DNA of 64,000 nucleotides from Sarea resinae (lineage: Eukaryota): the NCBI GenBank assembly GCA_026026165.1, contig JAPEUD010000093.1, forward strand, positions 1-64,000, given 5' to 3'. Under the pieces are notes generated by a model. The model did not search any database, was not told where the DNA came from, and was given only the letters and a program-made list of their open reading frames with translations. This document shows, piece after piece, positions 50,795 through 63,810 of the stretch (the first letter of the stretch is position 1; every line of letters starts with the position of its first letter). A program made the translations under genes and the position numbers.

Positions 50795-52284
50795 ATGGCA
50801 TCGATAGAGAAAGACCTCGACCCGCGCCTGCCGTCCGCGCGCACCCTCCCGACGCACAAAACAAACTACACGCAGTCGAGCACGCTATCACGCTCGCAGG
50901 CGCACGTCAAGGTGATCGCGCATCCGTTTGCCGGCCGGCTTGGCGGCGCCGGCGACCAGGACCTCGCGCTGTCGCCGGACCATCCGGACTTCGACGAGAT
51001 CGTGCGGCGGACCCCCGATGCCGCGCCCGTCTTGAGCTGGAGGGAGAGTCTCGAGTGGCGTCCGTTTCTGGAGAGGGATTTGTGGAAGGCGGGCGTTTTT
51101 GAGGCGTGGGGTGAGTGCTTGTGTTTTTTATTGACAGGTTGTTTTGTTTTGTTTTGTTCTTGTGGTCGATTTGGACATGTTGATAAGGGTAGAGTGGGGA
51201 ATGGTGAGTTTGCGACCTGGCGGCGTGTTTGAGATAGCAATGCAAGATCGGCGGGACGATGGGCCAGTTTGAAGATTGTCTGCAGTGAGGAGATTTGCCC
51301 GGAGATGCCTGAACCGCTATGTCGTTCATCAATCCTCGGGATGACGCTGATTGTCTCGACCGCTAGGAACATGCATGCTGGTCTTTCTCACAGGCGCAGT
51401 AAGCATCGGCCTAGCAACAGTTGCAAGGTGGCGTATACCCCACATCCCCCGTCCCCCCCAGAGCAAACGAGACAAGCCTGGTGGATCTGCTTTGCTAAAT
51501 TTGGGTTACAACAGCGAGACGGCTATCGGGGCCGTCCTTCCCAACATCATCGGCAACATCTTAACGGCCATCATCCTCCCGCTCCTGATCATAAGCGCGG
51601 GACCGGTATCCGGAGGCCATTTGAACCCCTTGATCACACTCGGCACGTTCTTCGCGCGCATATCAACGTTGCCCCGCACCATCGTCTATGTCGTCTTTCA
51701 GATGATTGGAGGCGTGATAGGAGCGAATCTCCTAAGAGCTGGCATCGGCATGAGACTGGTTTCAAGGACCCCCCCTACCTCCTATCATCCCTGTGACCAG
51801 GAGCAGTCTGCTGACTCTGAGGTGTGTAAAATAGCACCATGTGGGTGGCTGCTACATGGATACGGCTCTCGTTTCGCAAGCCGAGGGATATGCAATCGAA
51901 ACGGCTGCCGCAGTCGCGCTTCTTTTCATCGCCTTCGGCGCGGCCCTAGATCCCCGTCAAAGCGCAGTCTTCGGGCCGGCGTTAGGTCCCATCTTCGTGG
52001 GCTTGGGGTTTGGCGTCGTGGGGTTTGCGACTGGCATTTTGAGGAAAGGCTATTCAGGAGCTTGTAAGTGGGACCACTTCTGACATTCGGGGTCAAAAAC
52101 AGGACTCCCATTAATGCAAACGCTTCGGACTCTAGCAATCAACCCCGCTCGCTGCTTCGGACTAATGTCAGCCTCGCACTTCGCACACTATCACTGGATC
52201 CACTGGATCGGAGACATCACAGCAGCAATATTAAACGGCCTATTCTATTCGCTCATCCCGGTCTTCAAGCGCTACAAGAGTTAG
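50795..52284 (+). CDS. Major intrinsic protein (aquaporin), XIP-type
   Basis: HPFAGRLG N-terminal motif, SGGHLNPLIT (NPL), second box NPARCFG, HWIHWIG; about 3 introns. Confidence 0.88.
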
Positions 52285-52313
52285 TCTAGAAGGAGAAAGA
52301 GGAAAATTACGCG

Positions 52314-53785
52314 TCATTGTTCCAGAACATCAAAGACTTTTGAGCCGAATTTCCACACTTGATTCACGCTCAGCGAGATTCGGCCTTGATCATGACTTTC
52401 GTCGAGGACCACGAGATCGGCATCGCCGTCACTCGAGAGAGTGCCCTTGACGCCTTCGAGGCCGAGCATGCTGGCCGGATGGGCAGTTACTGCGCTGATG
52501 GCTTCGGGGATACTGGCACCTGTCCAGTTGAGGAAATTCGACACACATTCGATCAGAGTCACGGAGCTGCTGAAGTCAGTGCTGGGGATGGAAGAAAGGG
52601 GGATCCTATAAGATAGCAAATCTCATCATCATGACCACTGACCTTCCTGCAATCTTGTCTGTACCTTCGAGAGTAAGATGAGGGCCCTTTTTGACAATAC
52701 GGTCTCCGTTCGTCCACTCGTAGATCCCGTCAGGTAGGCCGACCAAGGGCATGGCATCGGTGACGAGTATGAAACCTTCCGGATAAGCGTTGAAAGCGAT
52801 TTTGACCGTCGTCGGATGTAAATGAATGCCATCCGAGATGACTCCGAAGAATGGGCGAGGAACGTTCTCGGCTTTGCCCAAGACCCCGAAGATGCCCGGA
52901 TTTCGATGATGGAGAGGTCGCATCGCATTGAAGAGATGGGTGATCATTTTCGCACCGGCGGCAGAGGCCGCGGACGCTTCTTCATATGTGGCCTCGGAGT
53001 GTCCGATAGAGTAGACTATGCCTCTCGACGTGATTTCGGGGATTAGCGACAGCATATTACCGATCTCGGGTGCGGCCGTGATGATCTTGACAGCTGGAGG
53101 TCGGCTGACCAGACTCCCGGCGGCTTTGGGCGTGGACCGGAGGTTTTCGGCGCCGTAGCATGCTTCGAGATCTTCGAAGCCATTTTGGACGGACTGTAGG
53201 ACTGAGGTGTTGTGGATCCCGTTCTTGGTTGGGCTGATGAACGGCCCCTCGACGTGGGCACCGAGGATCTCCGAACCATTCTCTGGTATTCGGAGGTGTG
53301 ATGATGGGGCGAGATATGGGAGTGCCTTGATGAAGAGAGAGGGTCCGTCAGTTTGTTGTCTCATATCATAATATATCACCATCATTTCTCACCTTCTGGT
53401 ACACCTCACTTCGCTGGCTGGTCACGGTTGGCAGATAGGAGGTCACGCCAGTCCGCACCAAGCTCTTATTGACCCGTCGCACGCCCTCGCCATACTCGGC
53501 AATATCTCCGTCGGGGATGGCGGAGAAGTCGAATTTGAAGGCGCCATTGAGCTGGACGTCGATGAGGCCGGGCGAGATGATGCGGCCGCCCAGGTCGAAG
53601 ACCTGATCGGGGATGACGTGGTTGCTGTAGAAGGCTTCCTGGCTTCGGATGATCTTGCCCGTCTGCGAGCTGATCCAGAGGTCCTGCTCGATCAGCTTGT
53701 CGCCCTTGATCAGACGGCAATTGGTGAATTTGGTGATGCCCTTGGTGGGCGACGAGGGCCGGCTGTAGGAAACTGCCGCAGGCAT
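52314..53785 (-). CDS. dac1: N-acetylglucosamine-6-phosphate deacetylase, 2 introns
   Basis: PGLIDVQLNG, GAHVEGPF, GHSEA, THLFNAM, DGIHLH, VTDA, spliced IAGSS. Confidence 0.96.
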
Positions 53786-55280
53786 TCTTGGCACCGAACG
53801 GACGATAAGTGTTTCTCTCAGGATTCGAGTGGATCTATCAGGTAGGTAGTTTACAAATGATGGATGGAGACAATAGTAGGTTTCGAGTCGGGTCGATGTG
53901 AGGATGAGGATGCAAGTTCATTCATCGGTATCATCATTAGCAGAGTAAGAATCATCGATAGAAGGTCAGACGGAAGGCAGCGTCACATGTGGCTATTAGT
54001 ATGAATGGTAGTACTCCGTAGCATCGTCAACCAAGAGACGTGAATTTATCCGCCCATGCCACGATGATTTCCATTTCATCCATCGATATCACGGAACGGC
54101 GGATGTGCCAATGGCGTCTCGGGATCTCATACGGTAGAGTCGTAATACTCTCCATGTGCTACAGCAATACAGCAAGTGCGTGTCGAGAAGGTATGGATCA
54201 ATGTGTAGGACGGTGGAGGGTCACGGAGGGTGGTAGTGGCAGTGAGTAGTGGCACGGCAATGTAACCGCTGGCTGGAGGGCTGGAGGGGCAGATGTCCGA
54301 CTAAGGGTGGGAATAATGGAATAGAATCATCGCACTGACGATAAGGCCACGGTAGTATCCGTCCCCTTGCAACCCATTGTGGAATCATCCATTAGGTTGT
54401 CAGGATCTGGATACGAAGGGAATAGCTACCGAGTAGTACTCTGTATACCTGAGGGCTTGCGTGGTCTGCTGGGGCACGGACAAGTACCTCCACCGGTGCT
54501 AGTTCATGGTCAATGCAACCTCCTCGGCCGGTTCGACTTCAGGAATCGTCCTACTACTCAAGTAGTTCGCTGGCCATGCCCTGGGCTTCGGCTGTTGGCG
54601 GCACAGAGGCACCAAAGGGGGATCCCATGCAAGCCATTCGACGCAGAGGAAGACGAGGAAGACGAGAGAGAACAGCGAAGAAGAATGACTAAACTGCTCC
54701 GAGTAGAACCACTCAACGTGCGACGCAGTACTGTGTAGTACTACCGTATGGTCTCGACCGAGACCAGACCCTGACGGGGGGCTGATATCCACGCCATGGA
54801 TCAATGCCTGTGTTCGACGCCTACATAATACTGCGAAGTCGAGTACTTCATCGGGTGCAGGCGGTAGCGGCACTTGTAGCTCAGACGTGCTGACACGACC
54901 CTGATTGATGCTTCGGATCATCACCGTCATTGCTTTTGCCTTTTGCTTGTGCCGAGCCATCTCCTTGAGCCTCCCCCCCCCCCGCTCCCTGGTCTGGCGG
55001 ACGATAGACGATCGGCGCCAGATGTCGCCAGTGGTGTCGAGAGCCGACGTGTTGGCAGTGTCGTGTTGCGTTCGAGATCGAGTATCGCGGCTGTCGCAAT
55101 CATCCTGAGCGTGGTCCATGCGCCTATCTGCCCCTCGACCACCTGCCGCCTGGCTCGGGCTCTGTCGACGAGCACACTGTAGCATCGCCTCTTGAACGGG
55201 ACGACGCTGACCGCCAGCCTTGCAACGGCGCCCACTGTACACTGACCGCCCAGCGCGACCGGCCGACGCTCCAGCTCAAG

Positions 55281-58259
55281 ATGGCCATTCAGGACGAGAA
55301 GCTGGATCCCGTGTGGAACGACATGGACAAGTCAGTGCTATGCTACCTACCCGTTGTTGACGTCTAGCGTCGCTGACCCGTGCGTGATCGGAATGGCAGG
55401 ACCATGGGCCAGTTGTTCATGATGGGATTTGACGGCACGACCGTGACGCCACAGATCCGAAAGCTCATCGAGGATCATCATCTGGGTTGCATCCTGTTGA
55501 CCGCCAAAAACCTCAAATGTGAGCCGACTCCGACCCCGCTTCTCTGCTCACGAAACGATCCATCTGACCTCGAAGACAGCTGCCGAAGATACGACGAGAT
55601 TGGTATACGAACTGCAGAGCGTGGCGCATCAGGCGGGCCATCCGGTACCATTGGCCATCGCCCTCGACCAGGAAAATGGCGGAGTCAACAGCCTGTTCGA
55701 TGAGATATACATTCGACAATTTCCAAGCGCCATGGGGCTCGCCGCGGCAGGCTCCCCAGATCTGGCACATGAGGTCGCCAAAGCCACCGCGCAGGAGCTT
55801 TCTTCGGTCGGGGTAAATTGGATACTGGGTCCGGTGCTCGATGTCCTGAACAACGCAAGGAATCAGCCACTCGGCGTCAGAACAACTGGCGATGATCCCC
55901 AGGAGGTGTCGCTCTATGGCGTCAAGTGCATGAAGGGTTATCAAGAGGCAGGGCTGGCAACCTGCGGCAAACATTTTCCATCGTATGGCAATCTTGAATT
56001 TTTGGGTTCGTCTCTTGACGTGCCTACCATCACGGACACCCTAGAGCAACTGAGCCTAAGTGCTCTCGTGCCATTCAGAAATGCAATAGCGCAAGGGATT
56101 GACGCCATGATGGTAGGTGGCTGTGCAATGTCCTCGGTAGGCATGAATGTCATGCACGCTTGCCTGTCAGAGCAAGTCGTCGATGACCTCCTTCGCACGG
56201 ATCTCGGATTCGATGGCGTCGTTGTCTCCGAGTGTCTCGAGATGGAAGCTTTAAGCCACAACATAGGGGTTGGAGGAGGGACAGTCATGGCCGTCAAAGC
56301 CGGATGCGATGTCGTGCTACTTTGCCGCTCCTTCTCCGTCCAACTGGAGGCGATCAATGGCTTGAAGCTTGGGGTCGAAAATGGAATGATCTCAAAAGCA
56401 AGGATACGAAAATCTCTTCATCGGGTTCTGGAAATGAAGGCCAGATGCACGTCCTGGGAGAAAGCTCTGAACCCGCCGGGTATTAACCTTCTCTCGCAGC
56501 TTCAGCCCTCTCACACAAGTCTCTCAACGAAAGCTTACAACCACTCCATCACCGTTGTCCGGGACAAGAACCATTTCCTTCCCCTTTCGAACATACTCGA
56601 GCCTGACGAAGAACTTCTCCTTCTGTCCCCTTTAGTGAAACCTTTACCGGCGTCCGCGGCTTCTCGGGCATTGACGGACACTGCTCATACCACAACCTCT
56701 GAACCAGCTGTCTGGGAACGAAGCGCTTCGGTAATGAGTGGTGAAGGTGTGTTTAGGGAATTGGGAAGGTCTTTGGCTCGGCAACGGAGTGGTCGTGTTC
56801 TGCACACTTCCTACACTGCTAACGGACTACGACCAGTTCACGAGAATCTCATCAATAGGGCTGGAGCTATAATCATATTGACGGCTGATGCTAATCGAAA
56901 TCTATACCAGCATGGCTTTACCAAACATGTTTCGATGATATGCAGCATGCAGTTATCCGCCGGCGGCGAGAAACGAGAGAAGCCTCTCGTCGTGGTTTCC
57001 GTCAGTTCACCGTATGACTTTGCGATGGATCCAGCCATTGGGACATATATCTGCACTTATGATTTTACCGAGACGGCCCTCAATGCACTGGTCAACGTTC
57101 TATATGGAGAGCTTTCTCCTCGAGGGGCTCTGCCTGGGACTATCAGCCAAAGCCAAAAACTACATCAGTCAAGACAGCATTGGCTCGTCGAGAATTGGAA
57201 CGAAGAACGCGATGCGAATGCTCTAGATGTGCTCATCAAAGCCGTAATAGAAGAAGGGCCGGCTGGTCACCATGCAGAGCTATCGAGCTCTTCATCCAAT
57301 TCCTTCCTTCTCCATAATGCCGAAGTGGATGAGGCGCATTTCGTGGTCCGCAACAGTAGCACCCAGGCGCTCTACGGCTTTTGTTCGACGTACTTCTTTC
57401 GGAGCACGGGTACCGGGGTCATCGGTTCGCTCTTTGTGGATCCCACGAGACGGAAGCTTTCTATTGGCCACTCCCTCCATAATCGAGCCATTCGCACGCT
57501 GCTTCAAAGAGAAGGGGTCAAGCGCTTTCAACTGGGGTCACGACTGCCTAGCATTTACCTTGGAATACCGGCTGGAAGCTCTGTCGAGAAGAAGAGACTA
57601 AGGCAGTGGTTTGCCAATATGGGCTGGAACACCGCCCTCTCCCGACCTGTTTGCAGTATGGCTGCCCGAAACTTATCCTCCTGGTCTCCACCTGATGGTC
57701 TCGCGAAGAGCTTGCAAAACGCCGGTGTCGAGTTTGATCTGGTTTACGGCTGGGAGTACGCGGAATCGATACTCGACCACATCAAGACGAACACTAGACA
57801 AGGCGTCCTGGAAGTGTACCGGGTTGCCCTCGCCGACGAGTCTCAATGTGGCATTATTCGCGCCAAAAGGCCAGACGACGGCACTATTCTTGGCAGCGTC
57901 GTCGTCTACAATGGACAATCTGCTCTAGCCGAGCTGGTACCAGCTCTCAAAGACACTAATGAGGTGGCTGGAGGGATCTCTTCTCCTGTGATTTCGCCCT
58001 CGGTTGGAGAGTATTCGACCTTATTGCAAGGCCTGATATTGCTAGGGATCAAGCAGATTAAGCAGCAGGGATGCAATGCTTGCATCATGGATTACGTAGG
58101 TTTCTTCCCTCCTCAGAGACCACAAATGACTAATCATCAAATCAGGTCGATGGCGATGGCAATTTTGACAGTCTCTCGGCGCTCGGCTTCAACGTCTTGC
58201 ACAGCTTCGAGGAAGTCTCATGTGATGCGGCAACGTGGACAATGGTACCGCCATCATGA
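55281..58259 (+). CDS. ngs1: GH3 beta-N-acetylhexosaminidase-like domain fused to C-terminal GNAT-like region (GlcNAc sensor Ngs1/Nag3 type), 3 introns
   Basis: GQLFMMGF, DQENGGV, GPVLDV, KHFP, GFDGVVVSECLEM; GNAT motif LFVDPTRRKLSIGHSL; divergent from the deacetylase gene. Confidence 0.88.
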
Positions 58260-61200
58260 TACACCATCTCCCCTTCATATATCTCACGTTTTCAAGGAGT
58301 CTAGATATCAGCCAACTGTGTAAAGTGGTCGATTTACGAATGTTCTCGAGGAGTTCAGGATGATTTATTGTGGTGCACGAGGCTCCGGCGCGCGACGATA
58401 CCACCGTACGGGGTTGGAGAATAATGGAAGCGAGCTGGGGGGACTAGGATCAGTCAGTCGATATATGGTGGATGGATCTTACGCGACCAATTGAGATGAT
58501 GAAACTTTTCTTTCCTCGAGCGTTTTGAGCGATATGCAAGCTTTGATCTTTTGGGATGATGCGCCAGGACACGGGCTCCTGCCCTGCCCCGGTTCTCTGA
58601 GTTGGGTAATTCAGGGGCGAGAGCAAATGAATAGCGTGTATACAACGTCGGTCATATAGGCCCCCCCGAACAGGTGGCTGCAGGTGGTCGTTGTGTTCCT
58701 CACGAAAATGGAGAGCGTGCGGAATCATGGCGAGGAAGAAGTTACCAGCTTCGGACTGCGCTATCTCCGATCGATCCGAACGAAGTTGGGAGGGGAGCAT
58801 GCATGGAGCGGGAAGAGGAGCCCTGGAGCAGCAGCAACAACAGCAGCAGCAGGCTTTACGTAGGGGCCAGGAAAGAACGTGGTGTACCTAGTAGGAGTAG
58901 AGTGCTCTAAGCGGGGCGTGGGAGCAGGGAACAGCAGTCGAGGTAATCGAGTGACCCGACCTGGTTGCTCGCTCGCTCGCGACCCCACGCGCCGACCAGG
59001 CCCCAAGCACGCTCTCAGCGTGCACTACGGATGGCGTCCAGGTAGGTCGTCAGGGGATCGGCGTCTGTCGAACCATAAAGGGGCATGGGGCGAACTGATA
59101 AGTGATAGGGTAGCGTACTCGAGTACTTCAAGAAGCTTCGGCGCTGGATGGAAGATTCCGTCGCCCCCTCGAAACTGGCCGGCGCCGACAGCGTTTCAGC
59201 CCCAGGGGACCGGCCCCCGTTGTCCGTCGTGCATCAGCCGCCCGTCGACTAGACCACGCGGAGAAGGAGGACGGAACGGAGGCAAAGAACTAACACTCTA
59301 ACTGTCCTCGGGGCCGTCCAGGGCATTTACTCGAGAGTATCGCCCGGAGTGCTCTCAGATCTGGCGAGCATCCACTCAAATGGTTCGATCGTGGGTGTTC
59401 CTTTCGCACGTACGCACGTAGGGCCGGAAGTGGTGATCGGGAAGATCGACGGGGCCTATCTATCTAGGATGCAATACATGGTCTTTGTACTCGTACCTAC
59501 TTGCCTTCTTCGGTCCCTTCTCTGGCAATCCCGTCGCGCACCGTACGAATCGAGACTGTCGCAGCCTCAGGCACGGCCGTGTTGGTGATGTGATGTGCAT
59601 CGATAAGGTCGCGGTAGTCGTCGCTGTCGCTGCTTTGTTATCTCTGGCGCTTGTTTGTTGTGTTGGATGAATTGCGCAACTTTGAGTTCTGAGGTGATCG
59701 ATCCGGCCATGCCGCGTGCTAGCAGCATCGCAGTGCGAACAGCCAGCCTTATCGTCAGTAAATCAGTAGAGTTGGTTCTGTATGTAGGTATGTAGGTACG
59801 CTTTGAAGGGGAGAAGGGGGGGTTTTTGCGCGCCAACGAGCTCGAAGCATCAATTAGGTTCTTATTTCCCAGGCACTACCTTACTCTACTACTCCCCTGG
59901 GACGAAGTTCGGGCCATCGAAGTTGATACTCTATAGTACCTTCCAGTACCTGCCTGTCCTGCCTACATTGCCTCAGGTACGAAGACCTTGCCTGACTTAG
60001 TGGCTGCTGGCCTGGCGCAGGGGGCCTCGGCCCAGGGAAGAGCGACAAGCAGAGAGGAGACCAAATGCTGACAGGGAGGTACACAGTACAGTACACTCGC
60101 TGGCGGTGCTTCTAGCAGCCACGATGCCTCCTTTCAGCTTTGCCCCGTGATTACTCTGCCAGCATGCCATGCACGTCTGTCCGTCTGAGGGTATTACTGA
60201 TGGCGCTTCAAGGCTTCGAAGGCAGTGGTGAGGCAGTCGAAGGAAGGAGGATGAAGCTCCTCGTGGCGGCCGGGTTGTCCCTTTCGCACGTCAAACGGCT
60301 AGAGAGGAGCCATGGTCGCGGAGAGCAGAGTAGCGGGGAGTCTAGAGGAGAGTCGAGGAGAGTAGGTAAGGCAGTGCTGCCTTGGGTCGTGTGTCGGGAG
60401 CCGACCTGCTAGTGGAAATCCCATCTGTCGGTGATCCATCTATCGCCCTGCAGATTACCGCATGTAGAACGAGTCGCGAGTCGAGCGTTCGATGCCATCA
60501 GGGAGGGATCCCGGCATGGGATCATTGGGACGGATGTTGTGATGTTGTGAATGTCGCGAATGCTCATCGAGGACCATCGAGGACCTCGTCCGTAGCGACG
60601 CTTAGCATTCGACTCCACTCCACTCCTTTCGCGCGCAGTACCTGCAGTCGGGCTGGGTCTTCGGATCGTGATGCCAGTGCCGCAGTGGCCTTCTGCTGCT
60701 CCATTCCCCATTCTCCATTGTTTTTTGGTTTCGCTGGTTGGCATCGTGCACGCCCTGGGACGGTGGGGACAGGAGATGGCTCCTGGGATGTTTTGTATCG
60801 CCAGTCATCACCACCGCGACGAAGATATTGAGATCGAGATCCAAGGGACGGTGGCTACTCCGTACGTATGGAAAGGCTTCGACTATTCGCTGCCTACCTG
60901 ACCTTACCTGACCTGGTACTGCTGGCTGTATCTTTCACAAGCACCGGCACCAGCACCAGCACCAACAACCAACCGAGCCTCCTCCCCCTCCACCACGCCC
61001 AACCGCTGCTTAGCTGCGTACCTACACTGCACACTGCACACTGCACACTGCACTACTTACTGAGGTGAACCGCAACCACCACCACCACCACCACCACAAC
61101 CTCCATCATCATCGTCATCTGCATCATCTGCATCACCAGCATCGCCAGCATCATCTACCCCCCTCATCGTCGACCTCTTCTTGTCCTTGGTGCTTGCATC

Positions 61201-61406
61201 TGTCCATGTTCATCATCATCTAAAGCGGACCCAAATTCTATTGTTTAACTTCTACGTAATATATCTTATCTATAGCGCCTCACTTGCCTTCTAATGCGCA
61301 CGCCGCGAGAGCCCCTCCATTCTCGGATCGTTGGGCACAGTCGCGCACGTGTGATCGCTCGCTCGTTCGCCCGCAACGGAGCTGGACTCTTGAAAACGCC
61401 CGAGCC

Positions 61407-63227
61407 ATGGACGGATTCGACACCATGGCAATGCCATCATACCTCGCCGGTGGCATGCCGCTCGCGGGTCTGAACGGCCCCGGTTCTCTCAGTCCGCTGA
61501 TGGCCATGGAATTGCCCGACCATCATTCCAACTTCGACACCGACACATATGTGGGGTAGGCAACGACTCGCGCGGCCATGGGAGGCGTACAACGGCTAAC
61601 CGATGACAGGAGTGAGGATGCCATGACGTTTTCCGCACCTCCGCTGCCTCCTTCGCATCAGCAGCTGAAGCGATACCCGAGCACCTATGATGACCCCTTT
61701 TCCGACGCCCCCAGCATACAAGATACCCCACAGCGAGATTCGAACGGAGTTGAGAATACGTCGATAGAGCGCGACAACAAACTCCTCAGCTTCGGTCTTC
61801 CCACCTTCAACTACACGCTAATAGATTATAATGGGATGAGCACTTCAATATCGTTATCAGCACACCTCCACGGCATGTTCTTTTTGGCGGAATCACCTTG
61901 GGCGGCCGCGGGAGACGCTTCGGCACCACCGACGGAGTTGACCTGCTACAGAAGGAACCTGTTTCAGATTACTGGCTCGATCACGCTACCGCGAGCTTTG
62001 CGATGCATCATGACCGACCAGGGCGATAGGATCCCGATCCTCGGCCAAGAGCTGTCGGTGTCGGCCACGGAGTCGGTAGAGGGGAACCCGGTGAAGATCA
62101 TCTCGGTCCCGTGGAAGACGCCCGCATCAAATACGGCCGCGATCGAGGACAAGACGGAGAAGGAGCCGCCGATGCAGCCGCTGGATCTCCTGGGGAATCC
62201 AGAAGTGGAGTCGGACTTCGTGACGTATCCGATTGCCTGGAAGCGGCTACAATTCCGCATCGCGACGGCGAACAACGGACGGCGAAAAGAGCTCCAGCAA
62301 CACTTTGTGGTCCGACTGAAAGTCATGGCCACCCTGGCCACGGGAGGCAAGATCTCTATATGTGAGGCGCAATCGGGTCCGGTAATTGTGCGCGGCAGAA
62401 GTCCTCGAAATTTCCAGTCCCGAAAAGATCTTCCCCTCAATGGTGGCGCCTCTTCATCTCGGAAGGGGCAGCAGCAAGGACCGTCGGCCCCAACACGCAC
62501 ATCCACCGGCGACTCTGGGCCTCCGCAGCAGCAGCAGCAGCAGATGCCAGCGAGCGAGCCGACTGTCGCCCCAGACCCGTCACAACAGCAGACGTCCTTT
62601 CAGCAATACGACCGAAACGACCTCCAACTCTCGCCCAGCTTCATGGAATGGATGAAGATCTCCAATCAGCACGCAGGACCGCTGACCGCGATCCCCACCC
62701 CAACCTCGTATCCGAAAAACCCACAACCGCACACTTCTCCCCTCTATGCCCAGTCCAGCCCCGAAGCCTCGCGCCCATCGACACTGTCATCTCAACCACC
62801 CCCCTCCGTGCCCATCTCTCTCTCCCTCACCGACGACCTACCGCAATCAACGCCGTCCCGATCCAAGAGACAGCAGCAGCGCTCGAATTCCTCGTCCTCT
62901 CCGCGCGGCGGGCCACCGACGACGGCATCGTCGATCCGAACGTCGAACAAGACGCCTCGAATCTCGCACGCCGCACTGCCCACGCCTAGCAAACAGGCCA
63001 CGAACTTCTCCTTTACGCACAACACGGCCATCAAGTTCATCGGCTCGCCCGACGAATCCGCCGATCTGTTATACGAATATTTCCCGCTCGGGCTCGACGA
63101 CTGGATGCCGCCCGTCGACGCCGTCTACCGGCCGCACGTCGTGCACCATACGAATCTGCCGAGCGACCCCAAGGCTTTGGCGGTCAAGAACCGGAGTAAG
63201 AGGTACTTTTCCGAGGACCAGCCTTGA
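61407..63227 (+). CDS. Ndt80/PhoG-family transcription factor (RON1/XprG-like), 1 intron
   Basis: LTCYRRNLFQI, WKRLQFRIATANNGRRK, VIVRGRSPRNF; intron 61556-61609; next to GlcNAc genes. Confidence 0.93.
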
Positions 63228-63501
63228 TACGGTTTGGCTTTTGTGTTTCTCGATGGGTTGGTGAATGGGTGGGAGGGTGGGAGGGTGGGTGAATGGGATG
63301 AAAGCGGCTGGATGGAGCTTGGGGTTTTTTGGTTTTTTTCTGTTTAGGATCTATGAATGGTTTGGATGGGTCGATGGACCCTTTTGTCTCTGGATATCCC
63401 TTCCTGTCGGGTTTGGTTTGGTTTTTGACGATCCCCCTACTTGCTTTTTTGGTCAGTGTGTGTGTCTAGTTGTCTAAGAGGCGATCATGGGCAAATCGGA
63501 A

Positions 63502-63760
63502 CACGTTGAAAGACTTGATCTAGTTGTCTATAAGAAGTGATAATAAGCAACTTAGATCCCACGTTGAAAGACTCAAGTCTAGTTGTCTATAGGAAGTGAT
63601 GATAAGCAGTTCAGATCCCATGTTTGAAAGACTCAAGTCTACTTGTCTATCACAAGTGATGGTTGGAGGCCAACCTAGAATCCACGTTGGAAGACTCAAG
63701 TCTAGTTGTCTATAAGAAGTGATGACGGGCAGATCCGATCCCACGTTGAAGGAAGACTCG
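63502..63760. repeat. ~59-bp tandem repeat, ~4.3 copies
   Basis: CACGTTGAAAGACTCAAGTCTAGTTGTCTATAAGAAGTGAT core at ~63502, 63560, 63619, 63683, partial ~63742. Confidence 0.92.
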
Positions 63761-63779
63761 TGTCCTATCTGCCTCACTA

Positions 63780-63810
63780 TCTACCTACCTACCTACCTAC
63801 CTACCTACCT
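63780..63810. repeat. (CTAC)n microsatellite
   Basis: Read directly. Confidence 0.9.

Noticed and set aside
53786..55280. Ndt80 MSE sites (CRCAAAW) in the divergent promoter; 247-aa ORF 54499-55242
   Set aside because: No exact consensus spotted by eye; the ORF lacks protein-like features and lies in a GC-rich promoter
63502..63760. CRISPR-like repeat/spacer appearance
   Set aside because: Eukaryotic context, no cas genes, linkers short and related to each other
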